This document shows, one piece after another, positions 53,971-64,000 of a stretch of DNA of 64,000 nucleotides. A program made the position numbers and the translations under genes. The number at the start of each line of letters is the position of its first letter. The stretch's first letter is position 1. The DNA lies in the NCBI GenBank assembly GCA_964016885.1, contig OZ024740.1, positions 406,162,001 to 406,226,000 of the forward strand, in the 5' to 3' direction. The DNA is from Eledone cirrhosa (taxonomy: Eukaryota). The notes beneath the pieces were generated by a model. It saw only the letters and a program-made list of their open reading frames with translations, did no database searches and was not told the origin of the DNA.

Positions 53971-54132
53971 CTTGACTACAGATGCCAGAGTATAAAAGTT
54001 ATAATTGGTAAATATCACAGGTTTTCCTTCTTCTAAGCGCTTGACAATCCGTCGGATATCATAAGGGTTACCTGGCCTTCGAAATAAGTCAGGTGTTCTG
54101 ACTCCTTCGTTGGCAATATATACAAGGAGTTC
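53971..54132 (-). CDS. RhoGAP-domain gene, exon B (arginine finger)
   Basis: poly-T..aatag acceptor, AAG|gtatgt donor; 162 nt, phase 0/0; ELLVYIANEGVRTPDLFRRPGNPYDIRRIVKRLEEGKPVIFTNYNFYTLASVVK, with LFRxxG catalytic motif and ASxxK motif. Confidence 0.93.
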
Positions 54133-54319
54133 CTATTAAAAAAAAAAAGATTTACACTTTTATTTTGAAAAAGCAGGCTTGTAATTAATTACAATAACTA
54201 ATTCAACTAATTGAACACTTTGATTAAGGGAATAAACAAAATATATGACTTGGTAAACGCAAACTTTACATCTATATATGTCATAAAAACAGAACATTCA
54301 CCCTGAGAAACATGCACAA

Positions 54320-54893
54320 ACACTTACACCTCTCCAAGACAATGTCACTGGACCGAGATCTTTGGCGCTACACAGTTATACAGAAGACCCGCCTTGCCTA
54401 AGTACAAAGCGAAACCTATAGTCAGTAGGCACCTCTAACAAAATACACCCCTGTCCCACTACCCCCACCCCCTAAAATGTGAAATTATGTTGGTACCACA
54501 ACATCCAGTCCGAAACAAATGAGGTCGTGTAGGTGTTACGACAAAAAAAAAACACAGTCCACGCTGTAATGTGGCCGTGTAGGTAACACGGTAAAAACCT
54601 CCCAGTACACACTGTAAACGTGGTTGGTGTTTGGAAGGGCACCCAGCCGTAGAAAACCCGCCAGACGTGTAGGTGTCACGACAATAAAACACACAGTCCA
54701 CGCTGTAATGTGGCCGTGTAGGTGACACGATAAAAACCTCCCAGTCCACACTGTAAACGTGGTTGGTCCAGCCGTAGAAAACCCGCCAGACAGTCCTGAG
54801 CAAGACAACCAATCTTGCCTCAAGTGGACAATTCCCATCCAGACCCATGCTAGCGTGGAAAATGGACGTTAAACGATGATGATGATGATGATG
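54320..54893 (+). mobile_element. RTE subfamily-2 3' end with internal ~140-bp duplication
   Basis: cgtgtaggtg..acgaca..cacagtccacgctgtaatgtggccg..agaaaacccgccagac occurs twice; (GAT)n tail. Confidence 0.85.
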
Positions 54894-55654
54894 TCTTAAA
54901 TTTAAAGGATCATCAGACAAGAACTTATTTTGGTTTCATGAAACAGTATGGCTGAGAGGACAATACTCTTCTCTGGACAGAACATGAATTTGTAGCAAGG
55001 TTAAGCCGCAGCTGTTGCTGGTAACCCTTTTTCCAGTTGAAATGAACTAAAACAAGGACACAACGCAGTTTGAGAAATGAACCCACCTATACAATCATTC
55101 TGGCCACTTAGTCACATGTCTTCACAATATAAACATAAATTTTCATTCAATTTGGCTGCCTATGTTTATTTTGTTTGTATATCAATATAGCAATTTAACA
55201 CCAATGTCTTTGAGATGTCTACACACAATCTTCATCTGCACATTTATATCAACAAATAGACTTAAACAGCATACATGGTTAATATATGTATAATACCAAA
55301 TACAAAATCAATCTTCAACATGCTATGTTAGCCACAAAAAATGTACTCAACAACAACAAAAAGATGGTTTACAAATTTAATACAAATTCATTCTAAGCGT
55401 ATTTAAATAATTTAACCATTCCCATCTGGCTTACTTAAACATACATCATAACAATGAAATACAAAATTTGTCTTGTTAGAAATAACATCTAAATCACCCT
55501 CAAATCACATCCTACCATATTAGAAAGAGAAAGACATCCAAGGCAATGTAGTTCTAAACACCTCTAAAGTGGTCAAATTCTGAATGTCTTTGACTATATG
55601 TCTGCTTAGACATTGGGCTAAAGAACCAAAAGTCCAAATTTTACAGACAAAGCC

Positions 55655-56056
55655 AGCAGGGCAGCAAAGAGCTGGCCATCGATCCCATACTCCTGCAGAA
55701 CCTTTCACAGCAAGCCCTGACGAATGTGGTCATATGCTTTTTCAAGGTTGACTACACAAGAATATATCCCTTGGCAATACTCACACAAAGTGTGGATACT
55801 TGGTTGGCTGTGCTACGTTCAGGGCGAAAACTGCACTGTTCATCGATAGAGAGTGTAGCTCAGAGATGAGAGGGGCACTCCAGGTAGAGCCACTACTTCT
55901 CCGAACTGAGAGATCATAGCTCCGATACTATGGACATGTGGTTAGAATGTCTCAGGAAAGAATTACTGGACAGCGTGTTTGAGGGCTCTGGTCCCATGAC
56001 AAGAAGGAGAAGGAGGAGGAGAAGAAGAAAAGAAGAAGAAAAGAAGAAGAAGAAGA
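55655..56056. mobile_element. second-family LINE insertion with inverted 5' segment and (GAA)n tail
   Basis: 55655-55845 has the same (minus) orientation as ~46500-46700; 55846-55975 is the plus-strand version of ~45780-45890; followed by an A/G tail. Confidence 0.65.
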
Positions 56057-56399
56057 ATCCTTTCCTGATTTTCTTAATTGGTAGTATTCTTTTCTAATTT
56101 TCTCTTTAATTTTTGTTTTATGCTGTATCAGTTTCCTCTATTACCAAATAACTGTGGGTGGTTCTGATCTAATTATTTGAGTGCAGTATCTAAATCTAAC
56201 TTATCAATGTTTTGAGTATTAATTAATTTACCACTTAGTCTCCTACTAATTTTGATATCTTAGCTGAATACATAGATTTTTCAGCTAGGTGTTGCCTCTT
56301 GCTTATAGTTTTACCCCTTTTAGTATCAAACTGCCTGAACCATCCCTGGTTCTATGATATAAAGCTATTTATTTTAAAAACCTTCCACCATAATTATAT

Positions 56400-56616
56400 T
56401 TAACTCTTTAACATTTACATTACTTTACATTTTCTTTTATATTTTCATGGTAAACAATTTATCTCACATAATAATATCGAATCTATGAGATTTTGATATT
56501 ATTTATTTTGAGAATAATACCCTAACATCAGTATGAGCGGCCAGTTACAGCCTATTTGAACAGAAAGAGGTGGGAGAATTCTGGCCGACATAGCCAGTTT
56601 AAATGCGAAAGGGTTA
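56400..56616. mobile_element. TTAA-flanked MITE nested in another TTAA MITE
   Basis: ttaactctttaacattta ... taaatgcgaaagggttaa; interrupts the element starting ~56312. Confidence 0.55.
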
Positions 56617-56707
56617 AGGAACAACAACTTTATATATTAAATCCCTCAAAATTTTAAATTGTTTTCTAAATTTTGACAGGAAGAGGTTGACATACTGTCT
56701 TAATAAT

Positions 56708-56895
56708 TGTTTCTACTTTTGGAACAAGGCCAGCAATTACCCAGTACATTACTGGTACTTTATTTTATTGACCCCGTAAGGATGAAAGGCAAAGTTAACC
56801 TTGGCGGGATTTGAACTCAGATCATAAAGGGCCGAAACTCTATGCGTCAAAGCATGGTGTCCGACCCTATACCGATACTGCCAATCACTGCCCAT
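56708..56895 (-). mobile_element. SINE family A with 15-bp TSD
   Basis: TACTGTCTTAATAAT at 56693-56707 and 56896-56910. Confidence 0.9.
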
Positions 56896-59800
56896 TACTG
56901 TCTTAATAATGAGCTTTCTCTGTTAGTGTACTCTTTCTCCAATATCCAGAGTAATGTGCTGTCAAAGGCCTTTTGATAATCAATCAAAAATGTATCCAGG
57001 TTTTTGATGATTTAGGTGGTCTTATGAATTTTTCATAAGTTAGAAATCATCCTTCATCGTCATCATCATTATCTAACATTCACTTTCCCTCGCTAACAGG
57101 TCATCATAAGTCAGTACTCAACTGAAGCCTCCAATCTTGCACTTGACAGAGTGCACCATATATTTTATAATGGCACCAGCACTAGGGAGATCATCATGCC
57201 TCTGGCATAACTGAAGAGTCCTCTCTACCATTTGTTTAACAAGCTTTCTATGGCTGGGTGCCCTTCCAATCACCAACCCCTTTATAGAGTGTATTGGGTG
57301 TGTTTTATTGTGCCACCAACACTAATGTGGTTATCATGCTCTTGACACAGCTGTGTATTATTATAATCTCGCTGGGATTGGTGTTATCTTTCAATAAAAT
57401 AAGTCCCAAATATGAATTAGGGTCAATTCAACTGAGTTAAAAAAGTATAAAGGACATTAAAAACCTTTGTAATCAATCCGAGCATATTGTTATAGTTAAA
57501 AGTTATCCTGCATTGTCTTATTGTCTTTAGTCACAAAGTGTGCTCAAACATCGCTACCCCAAAGATATGGATCAAAAGAGTATGGGGAAGTGCTCACTGA
57601 CATGGTCACTCATGCGGGTGGCCAATTCCTCTCCAATAGTAGTGAGTAGGGAGGTAGTACAGGGACCAAGAATGCTGGAAGTCTCTACTGTTATAGGTTC
57701 AACAACAAACATATCAGAGAGAAAACAGTCCTTTGACAGCTTGCAATCTTTGGCTTGTCGGCCAATTGACTATACCTCACTCTTACAAATGTATGGCTTG
57801 TGCTAATGTAAGAAACCAGCATCATTATTATTGGAATATAATAATTGGATGAGTGTTGTATTAAATAACTGCAGTATTTAGAGACACCCATCATGTTCTG
57901 CTTTTCAATTTTGTATACACAAAACAGAAAAAGTGCTAGACAGTACTGCAGTAAATTCCTTTAATAATATCCTTTCCTTAAATTTGTGGATTTCTGCTAA
58001 AATTAAAAGCTACTGCAATTGCCATGATCATTGTAATTAACATTAAGTAAAAGAATATAAGAGATATAACTAGTTTCAGAGATACACCAGAGATAGGAGA
58101 AAATGTTAAATAGGGCCTTATGAACAGCCACATTAGTAGAATGATCATAGAAGTGGCTTCTGATCAAATAGATTTGTGATAAAGACACAATTTGAAGATG
58201 TGTTAATAACTAAGCAACACATTTGTTTTCACTACAATTCTCAAAAGGCAAGAAACCATTGGTATGTGAACAGACAAAGACGTCATCATTGTTTTTTTTT
58301 TCCATTTATTATGCTGGCATGGGTTGGGTGAAGCTTGTTGAGGCAGAATTCTACAACTGAATGTCCTTGTTACCAAACCTCACTTGTTTTTAAATATGGT
58401 ACACATCTAACCAATGAGCCACTGAACTTTTTATATGGAACATAAACAAATATCACTTGAGCTCACAATAGATGAAGCAGAAAAACAGAGTCAAACAAAC
58501 AGAGACATATGCACATATATATCATAATATGCATACAGTGGGCTTTGTACAATTTCCATCTACTGAATGCACTAACAAAGCATTGGTCAATTTCAGGCTA
58601 TAGTAGAAGATACTTGCCCAAGGTATCATGTAGTGAGACAGAACCCAAAACCACATGGTTGAGAAGTAAGCTTCTTAACCACACTGCCATGACTGTGATT
58701 ATGTCTAAGGAAAATATATTGGTGATCAGTGGAGGGGCAAAAATAATCAAAGTTGTTTTTATTTTGAGATGTTACTTTGGATGTGATAAGAATGACAATT
58801 TGTAAATGAACAAAATCATTTTTAATAAAGCCATTGTGTACCCGAGAGATAAAAGTAAACTAAAGAAAGCCAGTGTAAATGGTGTGTGTATGTGAGTAGA
58901 GGGCCAACTGAGGGTATGTAGAGACCAAATGTGACAATATTTTTTCAGCAGGAGTACATAGTTTTGTCTACAAATGTAGTTTGTTTAGTCATTAGAAATA
59001 TGCAGCTTTATCTGCAAGGATATAAGCCAGGTTATTTAAATAAATAAACATTAAAGATGAAATTTATATTTTAAAAATTTATTTTAACTATTTGTAATAA
59101 AGTAGAGAAGTATTTTTATATTTTTGTTTGACTGACATCTCTTATTTCCTGACATTTTATTCACATATTCTGTTAAAATATCAACAACATTCTTCTCTAA
59201 CAACTTCAATATATCAGTTTTTATCAGTTGTAAGTATCAGTTTTTATCACTCCTAAAGATAGAATATGAAGATTACTATAAATAAAATGGAATCATTTTC
59301 TATAAAATACCTTAATTTAAAATGCATTTGCTTGCAATATTTTTATAAAGTATAGTTTTACTAGTTATATCTTTGATACTCATCAAGGGAGATGTCAGAA
59401 TTCTAATCTGCTATGTGTGCATGCATGTATAAACTTTCTTGCTTCAGTAAGTTTGAAATATCAAGCCAAAATTCCAAATAACTAAGGTTAAAGCTACCTT
59501 TGGGACACCTAGCTAAATAGATTCACCATATTTACAGATCATCAAGTGCCAAAACAACATTTCCTAGTTTGATAACACTGTATCCTTATACCAAAGCAAT
59601 TCTAATTCTTAACACCCACTGAAGTTTTACATTCAAGGCATCATAACATACAAAAGTATTTTATAATATAGTGCTTCCTACAGATTTTTAAAACTATTTT
59701 ATCAGAAAAGAAGGGTACTGCCCATCAATATTTTAGGGCCTCCAATTTCAGAGGCAGGGAGGAAGGTATCTTCAATTCAGAGACCTGGCTCAAATGCTTA

Positions 59801-61114
59801 CAGCAGAGTGGACTCCACTCAAGGCACCCAAGGGCAAAGTGGTGGCATTAAACTTGTCAGCAAGATTGTAACTTAGAATGCAGAGCCAGAATAAATAGCA
59901 CATGGTATCTTGTCCATTGTTGAAATAATTCCACCTATCCACTGCTATAAAGTGGTGGAATTGTTACAATGTCTTGAGAGAATGAAAATCAAAGCTGACC
60001 TCAGTGAGACTTGAACTTAGAAAGTAGAGACATACACACATACAAGCTTTTATAAACACACTCATTTAATCAACTGAGTATTATAGCATTCCCCACCACT
60101 TGTTACAGCTCCTGCCAGTGTAGGTTTACCAGGCCCCAGTTCTACTATATTAGCATATTTCTAGTGATATGAAGCAAGATTTGAACTCACAATACACAGG
60201 GCCAAAATTGATACAGTAAGGATGCACCAACAATTCTGCCAATTCCCTGTCCAGGATTGGTATTTTGCTTATTAAACCTTAGAAGGTGAAAGAAAGTTGA
60301 CAGAGGCACAATTTGAACCCAGAGGGCAGAGAGCCAGAATAAATACTGTAGAGTCATTGCTCTAATGCCTCAGCCAAATTATCACCAACTATTACAGTCA
60401 CATGAAATAAAAATAACTCAATTATTAAAGGCAAGCACACATGTGCCTCTCACACTGTGACAATACAGCAAAATGGTGAAACAAATTCTGCTTGTAATTT
60501 TACTATATTTAATGTACTATATGGTGAACTCATAGTGCATGGATTTAATAGGTTTATGTCTAGTATAAACAATGAGATTGAAAGGAACAAGAAATTATGT
60601 CTGTCTAACAACCAAGTTAACCCTTTCATTTCCATATTTCTAATGAAAAACACACCCTATGATTTTTCAAATTATTTTGAAAATATTCATAAATTTGAAG
60701 AAAGTGTTTAGTATAACTGAGTTTCTCATTATTCATCCAGTGTTTTGAACATAAAAAAGGTTCTTTCATGAAATGATGATGGAAATCTTTTAGATATAAA
60801 CAGTTTTGTATCATAAAACCAGGAGTGGTTTCAGGTGTGTTAGTACTAAGAGTGTTAAACATTGAATTTCATGCATCAAATTAGCATTTAAGTAATTCCT
60901 TTTTATATTTAATAATTAATATTTATAGTTTCATACTGGTTAAGCACTGTCTACCTTGCCTTCCTAGATAGCATATCCTTGATCATATGTATATGACAAT
61001 GATTGACAAAATTCTAGACCTCATTTGCTTACCATGTGAGGTGGAATTCGTCAAATCAGCTCAAGAAAACAATGTTTCCATTGCTGATACTATCTACTGG
61101 TCGCAACTCCTTGC

Positions 61115-61237
61115 AGAAGGAGCAAGGGGAAATAAAATGTCTTACTCAAGGACATAACACATCACCCAGTCCAGGAATTGAATTCACAACCTCACGATTG
61201 TGAATCCAATTCCCTAACCACTAAGCCATGTGCCTTC
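61115..61237 (-). mobile_element. SINE family B
   Basis: Homologous to 5120-5259. Confidence 0.7.
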
Positions 61238-61388
61238 GCTATATGACAAATGAAGAAAATATACACCATGCTGACTTCAAATATATACATGTTAGTATTT
61301 TAAAACAAGTAAAAGTTTTTGTTTTGAATGTAGATTAAATTAAAGTTTTTATGTAATTAATAATTGGCAGTAAATATTACAAACTTAC

Positions 61389-61452
61389 CACAAATGGACG
61401 TGGTATATAATCAGCTTTTAAGGCTACTGAAATAGCAACACCAAATTTAAGT
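61389..61452 (-). CDS. RhoGAP-domain gene, coding exon A (first confidently identified in window); start of RhoGAP domain
   Basis: tttttccag acceptor and GTG|gtaagt donor; 64 nt, phase 2 to 0; translates LKFGVAISVALKADYIPRPFV, matching the FGV....IP start typical of RhoGAP domains; joins in frame to exon B. Confidence 0.88.
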
Positions 61453-62034
61453 CTGGAAAAAACAAAAACAAAACATATTTTAAAACAGTATTTCAAACAT
61501 ATAAAAACAAAATTAAACGGCAAGCAGGCGAAAGATAGGATAATAGTCTTTGACAATTAACTTTAAGACCTTTTGATTCTAGGCTATGCTTCCAGGTTTG
61601 GAATTTCTTCCCTAATTCTGCCATAGATTATCTGAATATATATGTATATTATACACATACATATGTGTGCATACATATATGTGGTTGAGTGGAGGTTTGT
61701 ATAGACATACAAATCCAGATAACTCCTGAAAACTACAGAGTTATTCCAGAGTTGTACTCCATTGTGGAGGCAGAATGTTAAGTGATTTTACAGGTAGTGT
61801 ATGATACAAATCCACTTGAGAGATATCTGCCTAGAGGAGCTGGACAGGTATAGGAAGAAAGTGAGAAATAACAGCAGAGACAGCAACATAACAGATGGCT
61901 CCATAAGCTGCTGTTTCCAGAGCACCAATGGGCACAGCTCCAAGGATATTTCATCACCAGTGCTAGTAGCTGTTAATCAGGAAGATGTGAGGGGCCTCCC
62001 TGCAAGTAGTACTACAGCATTGTCACAAGATAAT

Positions 62035-62220
62035 TGTTTCTACTTTTAGCACAAGGCCAGCAATTATCCCAGTGCGTTACTGGTACTTTATTTTATCGAC
62101 CCTGTAAGGATGAAAGGCAAAGTTAACCTTGGTGGGATTTGAACTCAGGCCGTAAAGGGATGTAACTCTATGCTGTAAAGCATGGCGTCCGATCCTCTAC
62201 CGATACTGCTACTCCACCGC
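62035..62220 (-). mobile_element. SINE family A with 12-bp TSD
   Basis: TCACAAGATAAT at 62023-62034 and 62226-62237. Confidence 0.9.
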
Positions 62221-62912
62221 TTTTATCACAAGATAATGAGGAGAAAATAGAGACTGGAGAAGGGTAATAAATTGTTGGTGATAGCAAAAAAGAGAGAACC
62301 ACCCACCCCACCCAAATGGAAAAAGGAAAGCCCGCAAGATCCAAGAAAGAAGTTATCCTCTCCCTGAGATGTTGTTAGATTTATGATTTTTTGAATCACC
62401 AACAAAGTGTTGATTGGTCATCTGAACGACCTGATGGAAGATAGGTGGTGCAATGTACTGATTGAAGAGGGAATGGAGTTATATTTTGTAAAACTCTTAA
62501 AATGATAGACTACTGGTGAAAAGCAAACCAGCAATCTATCAAGAACTACATGTGAACTACCTAGAGGATTTCTTTATGTGCATGTGTGCGTATAATTGAA
62601 AGAAAACCAAGAAAATTGCTTAAGAAAAATTTGCTAGAATAAACAGTTCTTTGCTGGAGTAAAGAGTTTGGATTTTAAAAAAAACTGGTTTTCTCAATTT
62701 AAATTTCAAAAGTATATTGCTTAACATAGAACAAACAGCTTTAATGTTTGTATTTGTCCAGTAGACGAGATAAAAAGTAGGTCATTGAATATAAAGCAAA
62801 AGAATATGTCCATAAAACTTCTCAATGAATGGCTAGTGTTTTGTCCATTCATTCAAGAGTTAGTGAACAAAAAAGAGGCCACCAATCCCATGTTGTGGCA
62901 TCATGTCCTTAC

Positions 62913-62928
62913 TGCATGCTATTGTATT
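62913..62928 (-). CDS. candidate upstream micro-exon or ATG-bearing exon of the RhoGAP gene
   Basis: GCA|gtaagg donor in phase 2 gives ATG CA|A CTT AAA TTT GGT (MQLKFG) when spliced to exon A; possible acceptors give 6-nt (62918), 16-nt (62928) or 107-nt (63019) exons; 5' boundary unresolved. Confidence 0.35.
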
Positions 62929-64000
62929 CTGCACAATGGGAGTGAAATGTGCTACAGTGTGTAAGATAGCAACAATGAATAACAAACAGATGGATACAAC
63001 ACACAAACAGCTCAGAAGCCTGATAGGGAAAATAAAACACATGAACATGTTTCTGAGCATGTAACATGTACATGTGTATGTTTTCAATACTATTTCCTTT
63101 ATAGTTATTTAAGAGCACATTTCTAAAGCATTTACATTAGTTTCTATCTGTGTGTGTGACTGAATGAATGCATATGTGAAAAGATGTAAATACACAACAG
63201 TGCAAAGGTTTTACAGATATTTATTTTCTAATGAATCTCTATGCTGATTATCAGAGTTCTTTGTTCTTCCTCAAAAGAACCACAATCATTCCAGGTTACT
63301 AAATTCTGACATCATACTATGATCTGTGCTTAAATCGCCAATGAGATTTCATAAATGGAGGAAAATAATTGTGTGCTATGAGTATGTACTACAGTCATTA
63401 TTTGCAATCAAGTATGACTTGGTAGTATGTATCGTGATCTCACTAAGAGATTTAGGAACCCATGTAGTTGCAAGAAAACATAGAAACCCTCTTGACTTTC
63501 ACTCCCTTGATCCAGAAAAAACAGCTGGGAGGAGAGATGGTTGCACCAGCACTGGACTGGTACTTCTTTTTTTATCAAACCTGAAAGAATGAAAGGCAAA
63601 GTAGAACGTGGCAGGATTTGAACTTGGAATGCAGAGACCCAGAACAAATATCCAACACTAATGACTTATGAGTATGTATATATGCATTGATATCCATGTG
63701 TATTCTGGTTTCAGGATAGGTACACTATATTCTTGCATGTCATATGAGGCAACTAAAAGGGCAACCGTAAAACAACCACCTCAATAACTCCCAACCAGCC
63801 AACATTAGCTTGGAAAACTGGACATAAAAATAATGATGATACTTATGCATATGTGCTTTGTGAGCTCATGTTAATGAAAGTCTGTCTGACCCCAAAGACT
63901 TATGAAGCTGGTGTTTATCCTAGTTTCATTAGTGTTAAGTGACAGAGTACTAGATTGAGAGTAAAAGACTATTCCCTGAACAGGATGCCAGTCCATTGCT

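Overview
AT-rich eukaryotic (animal) genomic DNA. The repeat complement (tRNA-derived SINEs, RTE LINEs with (GAT)n tails, TA/CAT microsatellites) suggests an octopus or other coleoid cephalopod; this is inference. One spliced minus-strand gene spans almost the whole window and encodes a RhoGAP-domain protein. I assembled seven GT-AG, phase-compatible coding exons by hand: 61452-61389, 54132-53971, 48858-48749, 47638-47304, 33899-33822, 7316-7072 and 3405-2815. They give about 527 aa: a RhoGAP domain with an Arg finger (DLFRRPG) followed by a Ser-rich disordered tail. The start lies at or beyond ~62.9 kb. The 78-nt exon at 33.8 kb is frame-preserving and flanked by TGCATG (RBFOX) motifs. The introns are filled with SINEs (several with clear TSDs, including serial insertions into one target site), decayed RTE and R4-like LINEs, Tc1/mariner, Tigger-like and TTAA-flanked MITEs, Helitron ends, TA-embedded Penelope-like relics with degenerate hammerhead motifs, a perfect 106-bp palindrome and two minisatellites. 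I found no prokaryotic-type system (CRISPR, operon) and no clearly novel coding system. The most interesting items concern splicing regulation and retroelement mechanics.
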